Shown piece after piece: positions 29,918 to 39,600 of a DNA stretch of 64,000 nt. The stretch covers positions 22,180 through 86,179 of the forward strand of contig CANKXO010000007.1 in assembly GCA_947487765.1 (NCBI GenBank), in the 5' to 3' direction. Both the position numbers and the translations under genes were made by a program. Within the stretch, counting starts at the first letter, position 1. Each line of letters begins with the position of its first letter. Below the pieces are notes generated by a model. The model ran no database searches and was not told where the DNA came from. It saw only the letters and a list, made by a program, of their open reading frames with translations. This DNA comes from an uncultured Pseudomonadales bacterium (lineage in GTDB: Bacteria; Pseudomonadota; Gammaproteobacteria; Pseudomonadales; Cellvibrionaceae).

Positions 29918-30211
29918 ATGAGACTTGCTATAACGCGATCAGGTTTTTATAACGCTGATCTTTATTGCGCTGATACTCGTACAGCTAAAAGAGTGTTGCG
30001 TGAAAAAAATATTTCCATATTGGCTATCGACTATTATCTAGTTGGCCAGGGAAATGGTTGCGATATTATTGATTGGGCTAAAAGAAATGCAGTTTTGCCT
30101 AATTTTATCGTTGTTATTGAACGTAATCGCAACAAACGAGCCTTATTATCGAATACATTACGAAATATAGGTTATCGCTCTGGTGATGATACTACCTTTA
30201 TAAGGCATTAA
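29918..30211 (+). CDS. Hypothetical small protein (97 aa), alternating beta/alpha pattern (receiver/Rossmann-like?)
   Basis: RBS aaaggagg 7 nt before ATG 29918; MRLAITRSGFYNADLY...ISILAIDYYL...NFIVVIERN; the longer tracked ORF from 29795 lacks an RBS. Confidence 0.5.
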   Translation: MRLAITRSGFYNADLYCADTRTAKRVLREKNISILAIDYYLVGQGNGCDIIDWAKRNAVLPNFIVVIERNRNKRALLSNTLRNIGYRSGDDTTFIRH

Positions 30212-30250
30212 ATTTAGTTAAAGCGACCACTATGATTAATTGAGAATAGG

Positions 30251-30814
30251 ATGATGAATATTCAAATTTTGCAGCTATCGAAGTCAGGTCACCCAATGTC
30301 TTGGGTGAACCGTGAAGAAGCCGCAACACTGTATGCAAAAAATAGGGTGTTATGGGAGCTGGGTGACGAAGTTATTCCAATTGTCGGCGGTATTAATCGC
30401 TTGGGCATTCAAAGTCGCTTCGATATGGCACCAATTATTGCTTGTGATGGTGATGTGAAACAACCTCGTTTACGACCATCGTTAAGTAATCGTATGCTGT
30501 TTCGCCGAGACGATTACCGATGCTTGTATTGTGGTGTTCAGTTTAATCACGACGGATTAACGCGGGACCATATTGTGCCGCGTATTCAAGGTGGTTTAGA
30601 TCGTTGGGAAAATGTGGTTGCTGCTTGTAAACGCTGTAATCACAGTAAGGGTGGTCGAACGCCAGAGCAGGCAGGGATCAAGCTATTGGCCATTCCATTT
30701 GTGCCGAATCCGTTTGAGTTTCTGTTTTTGGCAAATCGACATATTCTGGCTGACCAGATGGATTATCTTGCGACAAGCTTTTCGTCAAAGCGAGACTGGA
30801 AAAAAGTGGCTTAA
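30251..30814 (+). CDS. HNH endonuclease-domain protein
   Basis: CLYCG...DHIVPRIQGG...WENVVAACKRCNHSKGG (HNH with zinc-ribbon cysteines). Confidence 0.8.
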   Translation: MMNIQILQLSKSGHPMSWVNREEAATLYAKNRVLWELGDEVIPIVGGINRLGIQSRFDMAPIIACDGDVKQPRLRPSLSNRMLFRRDDYRCLYCGVQFNHDGLTRDHIVPRIQGGLDRWENVVAACKRCNHSKGGRTPEQAGIKLLAIPFVPNPFEFLFLANRHILADQMDYLATSFSSKRDWKKVA

Positions 30815-30834
30815 CTATTAAGCCACCCACATAT

Positions 30835-30862
30835 TTGGAATACAGGTATTAACCTGTATTCC
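30835..30862 (+). terminator. Strong hairpin after the HNH gene (11-bp stem, weak U-tract)
   Basis: ggaatacaggt-atta-acctgtattcc. Confidence 0.5.
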
Positions 30863-30991
30863 ATACCGATGTTTATACGTATGTTGGCGAAACAGCGGCT
30901 CTGGTTCTGAATGCCAGGCTGGCACAGTCATGTTTTATGTCCTGTGTACCGATTCACTAACACGTTAAACAGTATGCTCTGAAAAAGCATA

Positions 30992-31064
30992 GTTTTTGTA
31001 GCTCATAGGGTAGAGCAATCGACTCATAATCGATGGGTAGCAGGTTCGATTCCTGCCTCAAACA
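30992..31064 (+). tRNA. Degenerate tRNA-Met (CAT)-like gene (weak acceptor 5/7, no CCA)
   Basis: D gctc/gagc, anticodon atcga-ctCATaa-tcgat, perfect T-arm gcagg-ttcgatt-cctgc. Confidence 0.4.
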
Positions 31065-31084
31065 CAGTCAGTTTTAATAAACTG

Positions 31085-31127
31085 AAGGAAAAGCCGAGAG
31101 GCTGAGGTTCGAATCCTCATTTGGTCT
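31085..31127 (+). other. Isolated tRNA 3'-half fragment (variable arm + T-arm + 3' acceptor strand)
   Basis: gccgagaggc...tgagg-ttcgaat-cctca-tttggtc with no upstream 5' partner. Confidence 0.45.
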
Positions 31128-31424
31128 ACTAAACCAAATATAAAACAAGAGGCTCATAGCAACGTAATGCTGTTATAGATTATGTTGCGTTGACATTAAT
31201 ACCGTTAATGATGGGTTAAGGTATTGCGTAGTAAATAATAAGTTTACCTCACTATCAACAGCTAAGGATGGTGTCCTAGGGATGGGGATAATCAAGAGTG
31301 ATTAGGTTAGTGTGGAGCAACCGCTGTATTTGTCTACCCATTACATTTAAGTTATTTACCGTACTCATGGCAAATGGGCCTCGCCATTATAGTCATTGGA
31401 AGAAATAAATAAGGGAGAATAATA

Positions 31425-32576
31425 ATGATTCTTTGGAAAACAATCGATATTGCGGAACATGAACGTGTATTACTTTATGTCCGTGATCAATTTAAACAAG
31501 TGCTAGGCCCAGGTCGGCATCGTGTCTCGACCTTGAAGGGAAAAGTTCGCCAGGAAACCTATGATATTACCGAAGTAGTATTCAGGCATCCTAAAGAAAA
31601 ATTTTTGCTGTCACACTACCCAGAAAAACTGGCAATGCACCTTGAGCAGTTTGACTTAAAAGATACTGAAGTGGGCTTGTTATATCGAAATGGCCATTTA
31701 ATGAATGTGTTGGCACCTGGTAGTTTATTTACAGTTTGGAAAGGTGTTGAGGATATTCGTGTTGACGTTATCGATATTAATAACCACTATCAGATAGAAG
31801 AGTCTTTAATTGGCTTATTGGGGCGAGGCATTAAAATTGGTCAAAGCCGAGAAGTCGTTAATGCGATTGCTTATGCAGAGGTAGTTGATGAGCATGTAGG
31901 TTTATTGCTGGTTAACGGTAAGCTAGAAAAGATCTTGCAACCGGGTAGTTACGGCTTCTGGAAATATAACCGTTCAATTGCGGTTAAAATGCTTGATCTT
32001 CGTTTACAAGCAATGGAGGTTAGTGGCCAAGAGATTCTGACCAAAGATCGCGTGAGTTTGCGTATTAACTTAACTGGTAGTTATAAAATTAAAGATCCTC
32101 AAATTGTTGCCTCTAAGGTGAATGATTACGCAGGTTTTATCTATCGTGAGTTGCAATTAAGTTTGCGAGAAATTGTAGGCACACAATCATTAGATGGATT
32201 GTTAGAAGATAAAGATGCTTTAAATTCTGTAATTACTCAGAGTACACGAGAAAAATTAGCGGAATACGGTATTCAGTTAATGAGTGTCGGGGTTAAAGAT
32301 ATTATTTTACCTGGTGAAATGAAGCAGATTCTGAATCGAGTAGTAGAGGCGCAAAAAGAGGCTGAAGCTAATTTGATTAAGCGTCGTGAGGAAACTCAGG
32401 CAATGCGTTCATTACATAATGCTGCCAAGATGATGGAAAACAACCCTGTGTTGTTACGTTTAAAGGAATTAGAAGCATTAGAAAGAGTGACTGGGAAAAT
32501 CGATAAGATTTCTGTCTATGGTGGCCTTGATAGTGTTCTTAATGACTTGGTAAAACTGGCGCCGGTCAAAACCTAA
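31425..32576 (+). CDS. SPFH/band-7 domain protein (cytoplasmic, duplicated N-terminal beta-domain)
   Basis: SPFH core TKDRVSLRINLTGSYKIKDPQIVASKV...QLMSVGVKDIILPGEMKQILNRVVEAQKEAEANLIKRREETQAM; no N-terminal TM. Confidence 0.7.
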   Translation: MILWKTIDIAEHERVLLYVRDQFKQVLGPGRHRVSTLKGKVRQETYDITEVVFRHPKEKFLLSHYPEKLAMHLEQFDLKDTEVGLLYRNGHLMNVLAPGSLFTVWKGVEDIRVDVIDINNHYQIEESLIGLLGRGIKIGQSREVVNAIAYAEVVDEHVGLLLVNGKLEKILQPGSYGFWKYNRSIAVKMLDLRLQAMEVSGQEILTKDRVSLRINLTGSYKIKDPQIVASKVNDYAGFIYRELQLSLREIVGTQSLDGLLEDKDALNSVITQSTREKLAEYGIQLMSVGVKDIILPGEMKQILNRVVEAQKEAEANLIKRREETQAMRSLHNAAKMMENNPVLLRLKELEALERVTGKIDKISVYGGLDSVLNDLVKLAPVKT

Positions 32577-32580
32577 AGAA

Positions 32581-32611
32581 AGCTGCTAGGTTATTTAGCA
32601 GCTTTCTTTGA
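32581..32611. terminator. Bidirectional terminator hairpin between the convergent SPFH and RT genes
   Basis: aaagctgcta-ggttatt-tagcagcttt (10-bp perfect stem). Confidence 0.6.
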
Positions 32612-32749
32612 TGAGAAGTTTACCTTTTAAATGACTGTTTCATGCAATGATGAAACAATAGCAATATCGAACATCATTTGTTATTAATGAGTTAATTTTT
32701 TTATAATTGAATGCTAGGGTTGAAGTTCATAAGATGTTTTTATTGAGCG

Positions 32750-34531
32750 CTAGCGAAAAGATACAATCAAAAATATAAGTACAGCAATTGCCGCAAAAAT
32801 CATTACGCGAGCGAAGGGTTGCATAGAATCTGTATTAGATGCATCCGATAGCCATGGTGATTGAGATTCTTTCTGTTGTTGTGACTTAGTTTCTTCCTTT
32901 TTTGTTTGTTTTTTTGCGGTCGCTATTTGTTTAAGCTCTTCTGTAGTATTCTCTTTAACAGGTGGTGCTGGTGGCTCAGCTTGCCACCAGTTTTCGCGTG
33001 GTGCTTCACCGGCAGCGGCCTTTAAGCGTAAAAGTTTATTATTTAATTTGCCAATGCGACTTGGATTAACTTGATAACTGTATTTTTGTTTTAGTTGTAC
33101 TATTTGCTTTTGTAAAGGAATGCCCTTGCTAGGGTTAACCATTGCGACAAAGTTGGCGTAACCTTCTATGGAGCACAATAAATTGCTACTGCTATTGTGA
33201 GAACGATGAGCCCAGTGCTTACCCTCTAGCCCGCTTTTGTCAATTTGATGTAGTAAGGCTCTGAAGCGCTTTAAGGTCTTGCGATCAACGCTAAGGTTAT
33301 TATTCACTACCACGCCGGTCACTTCTTGTTTTTTATGCTTGCGCATAATGCGTGTTTTTTCGGGGTGAACAATAAAACCTTCATCCTTAATAATACTATG
33401 ACAACGCCACAATAGTTTTTTTACAATGCTGTCGTCAATATTCTGTGGATTAATATCATCGCCCTTGTTGGAGCTTGCCGAAAAAGTAACATCGTCAGCA
33501 TATCGCGTATAAGTAAAGCCTAATTTTTTAGCCATCCCTTGTAAGCGAGCATCCAATTTTCTACAGATGATATTGCTAATATTAGGGCTAGTTGGCGCTC
33601 CTTGCGGTAAAAAGCGCTCTCCGTTACTAACAAACCAAGACTGACTATCTAGTTCAACCTCCTGTGTATTCGCTTCGGTGCAAAGTAAGGCTAGTACTGT
33701 TGCAATGTGTTCACTGTAACCTAGAGCTTTAAACATCCCCTTAACTCTTGGATAGCTAATTGTTGGAAAGAAGTTTTTAAGGTCGAGGTTAATAACAATA
33801 TCTTTGCCTACATGAGGCGCAGCATTGGTTACGATAGAGCGCGTGCGTACAAAGCCATGAGCGGCATCATGTAATGCCAGCGGCTCTAAAATATTGGATA
33901 AAACCCAATACTGGGCAAGTTTCAACCGTGGCATAGGGGCAGATATTAGGCGAGTTCCACCGGTTTTCTTGGTCATTTGGAAGCGTTGATAATGACTAAT
34001 CGTGCAGACATCTTTTTGGTAGACTAAAAAACGTAGCTCATTAACGGTAATGCCCATGGCTCTGGCCAACATTTGGCTGTCGTGCAGTAGTGGTAACTGT
34101 TGGGCTTGGAGTTTGTCTTCATCGCTGTTAACTTTTGATAGCCCTATCGATAAACCTTCCCCTACGAAGGTAATAAATTTCTTTTGGATGTCGTACCAAT
34201 TCTTTGCTCGTTGGTATCGTGTTTCATTGCGTTCTTTACGCTTTTCTTCTCTACGAATAAGTGCTTCTTTTTTACGCTGTTTGTGTAACTCCTTTAGTGC
34301 TTGCTCTGGGTCTTGATACAATTGCTGTTGCTTTCCTAATTCACGCAGTTGCTTTTGTAACTGCCCGCGCTTTTCAATAAAGGTTTCTGTTAGTGTTGGC
34401 TGTTCACTATTTTTTGGCCAAAACCCAAGACGTTTCATCTCTGCTAAAATATAAACTTCTTTACCACCTGTTTCGCGTACGCGCTGGTAGAGTTCTTGGC
34501 GGCTTAATTTTTTAGTGCTTTCGTCAGACAT
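32750..34531 (-). CDS. Retron-type reverse transcriptase with a long N-terminal extension and a C-terminal transmembrane anchor
   Basis: RLISAPMPRLKLAQYWVL, NAAPH (NAxxH), NLDLKNFFPTI, QGAPTSP, YADD, VTGVVV (VTG); collinear with Ec86 RT; C-terminus MIFAAIAVLIFLIVSF is hydrophobic after a Lys/Gln-rich low-complexity linker. Confidence 0.85.
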   Translation of the reverse strand: MSDESTKKLSRQELYQRVRETGGKEVYILAEMKRLGFWPKNSEQPTLTETFIEKRGQLQKQLRELGKQQQLYQDPEQALKELHKQRKKEALIRREEKRKERNETRYQRAKNWYDIQKKFITFVGEGLSIGLSKVNSDEDKLQAQQLPLLHDSQMLARAMGITVNELRFLVYQKDVCTISHYQRFQMTKKTGGTRLISAPMPRLKLAQYWVLSNILEPLALHDAAHGFVRTRSIVTNAAPHVGKDIVINLDLKNFFPTISYPRVKGMFKALGYSEHIATVLALLCTEANTQEVELDSQSWFVSNGERFLPQGAPTSPNISNIICRKLDARLQGMAKKLGFTYTRYADDVTFSASSNKGDDINPQNIDDSIVKKLLWRCHSIIKDEGFIVHPEKTRIMRKHKKQEVTGVVVNNNLSVDRKTLKRFRALLHQIDKSGLEGKHWAHRSHNSSSNLLCSIEGYANFVAMVNPSKGIPLQKQIVQLKQKYSYQVNPSRIGKLNNKLLRLKAAAGEAPRENWWQAEPPAPPVKENTTEELKQIATAKKQTKKEETKSQQQKESQSPWLSDASNTDSMQPFARVMIFAAIAVLIFLIVSFR

Positions 34532-34638
34532 CTGCCTGTCTCCCTAATATAAATAAGGATAAATGTTGAGTGTTAAAAAAATGGATAATGATAGTTGTTA
34601 CAAGAACAAATAAAGAAGAGAAGTGCGCAAGATAAAAG

Positions 34639-34868
34639 GGTGCCAGCGTGCTCAATGTTTCCTTCGTAGAGCTCTTAGTACTGGATTGATCAACTCGACG
34701 CGGCACGCCCCTACTATCGCTCATTGACTTCATGGAAGTCATACCGCAATAGCGATAGTAGGGGCTGTGCCGCCCTATGAAGATCAGGCCAGTGACGCGT
34801 GTGTAGTCTATAAACCAGAACGGCGATGCACCGCTCAAATTGCAAGGTAGATAAGTCACGCTGACACC
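34639..34868 (-). ncRNA. Retron msr-msd non-coding RNA (a1/a2 inverted repeats flanking a long msd hairpin)
   Basis: a1 ggtgtcagcgtg (minus strand, plus coords 34857-34868) pairs with a2 cacgctggcacc (34639-34650) over 12-14 bp; about 72-nt near-perfect palindrome at 34701-34772 (cggcacgcccctactatcgct...agcgatagtaggggctgtgccg with inner gacttc-atg-gaagtc). Confidence 0.7.
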
Positions 34869-34931
34869 TGTGCTAGTATAGCAGTGTTGTTAGGTTTTAA
34901 AAGAGCGCTATTAAAATTCTTCATGATCTCT

Positions 34932-36572
34932 TTAACCGTTTGCTAAGGAATATTGTTTTCTGATCGCTAATATATGTTCGCATGGCCCCATGCGCAGTAA
35001 ATTCGTTCGATAAAAATAACAGTCGCAGCTAGCCTCTTTTAAACGTTGATCGCCGTCAATTTTAATCTCAGTGTTCAAATGGTGTCCGTCATCAATGACT
35101 GTTCCTTGAATTTGAGCACCTCTTTCATTTTCTAGCTTATGATGAATTGTCACCAAGTTGGCGGCCACAAATCGAGCAGACTTTTCATCGCGCTCATTAG
35201 CAAAACGCAATGAGTCCATCGGTAAAGGTTGTTGGCTAAGTTCACGGATACGATAAACACTTCCGGCTAAATCATAAAGCACTTGCCCCTGTTGGCTATA
35301 GGCAGCCAATGCAGATTTCACTACTGACTCATCTAAATGCAGTCGTCGTGCCAGTGAGTCACTGGATTCTTGCCATGTCTCTGATAGTGCTTGGTAAACA
35401 CGTTTAAGTGTTACTTCGTCAACATCACCTCTAGGCGCTAATAGATCAAAGTTACCCATTCGTGACCAATCATTTGCTGACCAGCCCGACAAACCTAAGG
35501 TAAATGTCATATCGCCTAAATCGGCAACGTAAAAACTAGGTAAGCCATTACCTAATAGATGTACCGTAAATTTTTTGGCGATAGGGATTAAACGCTCCAA
35601 TATATGCAGGCGACGGCGCCCCCATATACGAATTGATCTAGCGTCATTTCCTGTATAAATGCTTCTGGCTAATATTAATTCTGTGCCCCATGGCTCTAAG
35701 ATAATTTTAATAGGCTCATCTGATGCCAGTTCAAATCGTATTGCCCGAGGGCCTACGCGCTCTCTTTTACGCCGCAACATATAACAAATATTGTGAATAT
35801 CCATTGGGTGCAATGTTAATGTGGTCATGGGTAAGGTCATAGCTGAGCTTACCTGTAAAAAACCACGCACCCAGCTTTCAGGAAGATCAATTTTCTTTTC
35901 GTCAAATTGTTCCTCATGGCTGGTTTGCATACTGAAACCATCGGGGTCAATTGCCAATGCTGTTTGGCGATACTCTCTTATTTTTTGAAATTCGTTGTAT
36001 AAACCTTCCGAGTAATCAATATTTGTGGTGCCGTAAGAAGTATCGGTTATATTATCAAATACGTCATAGCTACAGCTAAGTTTTCCGTAACTTGATTCAT
36101 CTTCAGAAAAACATTCAAAAAAAACTTCGTCGGGATGGACGGTAATTACTGGGTCAAGTACATACCAAGCATCCATATCGGTTTTATAAAGATGTTTGAA
36201 ATATTTGTTCTGAGCTGTATAAAAAGGCCCCATTAATGCTTGGCTTTGCTTGCTAAGTTCAGATAGTTCTTTGCGCACAAGCTCAATTTCGCCTTCCACC
36301 TGTGACTTGCGACCAATAAATTCTGCCAATAGCCGCTCTTCTTCTTCAGCTAGCCAGCGCTCGTATTCGCTGCGATCTTTTGGCTGAAAGCGCATATCAG
36401 AAATCACAACATTGTGTAGTGCCGATATCGCCTCACGAAAAGCTATTTTCTGCTTAAGCTGTCCTACAAAATAAGTAGGTAGGCGCAAACTGTCAGGCAC
36501 AAAAGATACATCTGTACTCGCTGCATTGCTCGCAACATGGCTCTGCCCATGATATCGATAACGAAATTCCAT
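34932..36572 (-). CDS. SWIM zinc-finger protein (retron accessory / putative effector)
   Basis: C-terminal CxCx(n)CxH: EASCDCYFYRTNLLRMGPCEHILAI; 546 aa. Confidence 0.7.
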   Translation of the reverse strand: MEFRYRYHGQSHVASNAASTDVSFVPDSLRLPTYFVGQLKQKIAFREAISALHNVVISDMRFQPKDRSEYERWLAEEEERLLAEFIGRKSQVEGEIELVRKELSELSKQSQALMGPFYTAQNKYFKHLYKTDMDAWYVLDPVITVHPDEVFFECFSEDESSYGKLSCSYDVFDNITDTSYGTTNIDYSEGLYNEFQKIREYRQTALAIDPDGFSMQTSHEEQFDEKKIDLPESWVRGFLQVSSAMTLPMTTLTLHPMDIHNICYMLRRKRERVGPRAIRFELASDEPIKIILEPWGTELILARSIYTGNDARSIRIWGRRRLHILERLIPIAKKFTVHLLGNGLPSFYVADLGDMTFTLGLSGWSANDWSRMGNFDLLAPRGDVDEVTLKRVYQALSETWQESSDSLARRLHLDESVVKSALAAYSQQGQVLYDLAGSVYRIRELSQQPLPMDSLRFANERDEKSARFVAANLVTIHHKLENERGAQIQGTVIDDGHHLNTEIKIDGDQRLKEASCDCYFYRTNLLRMGPCEHILAIRKQYSLANG

Positions 36573-36643
36573 ATTTTTGCCTGAGAAATTTTTCTGAAAA
36601 TTATGAATCTAATGCGTTTTTGTATAATTTTTATATAGCGTTT

Positions 36644-39600
36644 TTAAACACCCAGCGATGCAGGTTGTTTAATGGGTACCTTTTTGGCTGTTAAGGGTGA
36701 TGCTATATCTGGATACAATGATTGTAATTTAAGCATAGCTTTTATCAAAGCGGCTTTATCTTTATGTACCATAGTTAACGAAATTCGTTCCAATAAAGGC
36801 ATTACCATAGTGGCAACACTTATATCTTTTTCTGCTTCTCTTAATAAAAACAGTAGAATCCTATCTTTACAAACGCGACCCTTATTAATTTGTGATAACG
36901 CTGTTGTAAAATAAGCTTGTAATGAAAGTATATGGCTAGGAATACCCGCCGCGTATTCTTCTAAAAAACTGCTGACAAAAAGCTGTACATTATTTGACGG
37001 ATGCTGGCTTAACTTAAGCAAGTATTCTGGGCCATACTCAGCTTTAAAAAAAGATTGTAGTATTTCGCGTCCAAAGCTTTGTACGTCATCTCTGATGCTG
37101 TCGCAAATAAAAATAACAATTTCAGGGCTCCAATCTTCTTGGCTGTATTGTTGTCGAAAAAAATCAAAGCCAAAGGTTCTTGCATCGTCCCAGTTGCTAT
37201 TTAGAATTCGAAGAGCATCACGACTGTATTGTTTAATTTCATCTACATTTTTCTCGTAAGCCTGAAATGCAAACTGCCTGACAGATACATCGCTATGCTG
37301 GCCTAATATTGCCCATTGTTTGACTGAAAATATATCTGCATTACGTTCAGTTAAGGTTATGGCGCCCACTCGTTGAGCACAGATAGATTGTGCCTGTAAT
37401 AAGCGCCATAGCATATCATTGTCTAGTTTCGTTAAATGTGATTGTGCCAATGAAGTAAAAAAGGCAATTAATTCTTCATGTTGCCCAGGCTGCTCTTCAG
37501 ACTTAAATGTCAGCGCTAATAATGTATTTTCAATCTGCTCGGATCCCTGTTGAGAGTTGGTCATTAGGCGGGAAAAAATAGAAAGTAGGGAGGCGCGCTC
37601 TTGAGTATCGCCCTTGCAATACAAGCCGACTAATAAGTCTAATTGTTTGATTAAGTCTTTATCGGCTTGTTTGCCTAGTAATGCAGCACCTATCCCTCTA
37701 ACTTCGGCTGAGGATGAATCATGAATTGCCTGTAATAAGCTGTCGGGAATATCTCCATAAGATATTTTGTGTCCAAGCAATAATTTTGCACCTAATATTT
37801 TTCTGGGTACTTTCTCGTCATGAATTAAACGTTGCAAACTAGTAAGAGGGAAGTGTTTAATTGCATCATTTAGGTTCTCAAGTGCAAAATCGGCCAAATA
37901 CTCTGCATGCTTTTCGCTTAAGTTGCTGTTCTCTAAAAAGATAGAATCAACTATAGCTTGCAATAGTTTCTCAGCATTTCTACCAGAAATCTTTTGCTGG
38001 CAAACAGCCGTTTTAATGTCACTTTGTACATCACTATGAAGAATCAATAGTAGTGATGTTAATAGTGAAATATCATCATTAATTTTGAACCTTAGTAAAG
38101 ATTGCTTACCTAATACTCTAGCCTCAGTCAGCGAGCTACTTAGTAGAGCGATTAATAATTCACTACTTAAATCGTCTTGTTTAATGCGTTCGCGAACAAT
38201 TGCTAGTGCAAATTCACAAGTACTCGCATAGTTGCTGTTCAGTAAAAGAGCTAAATCTACAGGGCTGATTTTCTGGCAAAAACTCGGTTGATTTTCTAAT
38301 ATCCGACGAGCGAAAGGATGAACCAGCTCGCATCGACTTGTTTTTAATAAGCGTAGTGCATGGCTAGGCTTTTGATCCCAAAGTTCAGCAAAGCATTCGG
38401 TACGAGATCCATTTATCAAGGAAGTACCGTCGGTATTCGACTCATCACTTTTTATCCAGACGCGGCCACTAGGTGCAAGTTGATACCCTGGATGATGTTC
38501 GAAGAGGATATGATTTAAGCTTAAGAAGCTGGCAAAAGGGCCATATTCATTGCTGGATATCAACTGGCGTTGCCAATTGTCGCCACTATTATCCCAGCGA
38601 TAAACCTCTGATGTTCGAGGCTTGCTACCATGCTCATCATTAATCGCAAGCAATGATTCTGTTGCCATATCAACATAACGGAGATCACCGGCCTGTCCTA
38701 TACGCCTGAGTACTCGCCAGCTACGACGGCGAAAGTAATCTCGTGTACGATGCGAGAAGGTCAATTTTGCATTGGCCTTTTTCAGTTCTTTAGATGGTTT
38801 AATACTGCCTTCACCGGGAAGCCATGCCCAATCCCAATCATTACGAAAAAATGCGGGTGCTGTTTCTATACGCTGCGCTAATAAGCCAAATACAGACCCG
38901 TCAAGACGTAGCTCGGATGCTTTATAAATTGATCTAATGCCCCGAAAATATCCTGGGGTTAGGGGAATAATAGCCAGTTGACTTAATAATGCTTGATGCA
39001 ATATGGGGTAAGCTAGCGATAGCTGATAACAAAGTACCAATAGCTGATTAGTATTGTTAACGTTGTCACTAGCCCCATGACTGAGCAACGCGCCAAGTTG
39101 CTGATGAGCAGTGCTACTATTTCCTTCCATAACAGCAGATTTAAACTGTGCAGGAAAGTGCTGCCAATGGCTGCCTAACAAGGCTTTGCGCGATGTTTGG
39201 TCGCTGATTAATAGTTGCGATTCAAAGGCTATATGACAAACTTGTGCTTGTTTGTGTTGCCTCAAGGTTTCTAAAACCGCCTTGTGTTGCGTGGCAACCA
39301 TCCGCCCCAAGGCCCAAGCAATAGAGTAATCCTCTAACCAATGGCCTTTCTTAATATAGGGCACAATTGCATTGGCAATAGGTTCACAATCTCGGTGCCC
39401 TAATTCCCCGAGTCGCCATATCATGCGGCTGCGAGATTTAGTCTCTTTTTCATTGGGTAAATGATTGAGTATCTGTTCAATTAGTTTAAAAGGAAAGTCA
39501 TCGGAGGCAAGATTGCTAGAAGGGACGCCTGCAAGTGTAGGCGAGGTAGTAGTAGGGGACTGTTTTGCTTGTTCTCTATCCCAATAGCCTTTATTGACTT

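Noticed and set aside
34700-34772. The 72-nt palindrome as merely the terminator of the SWIM gene
   Set aside because: It lies 160 nt past the stop, has no U-tract, and is bracketed by a 12-14-bp a1/a2 inverted repeat directly upstream of a retron RT. The msd reading is favoured, though a dual role cannot be excluded.
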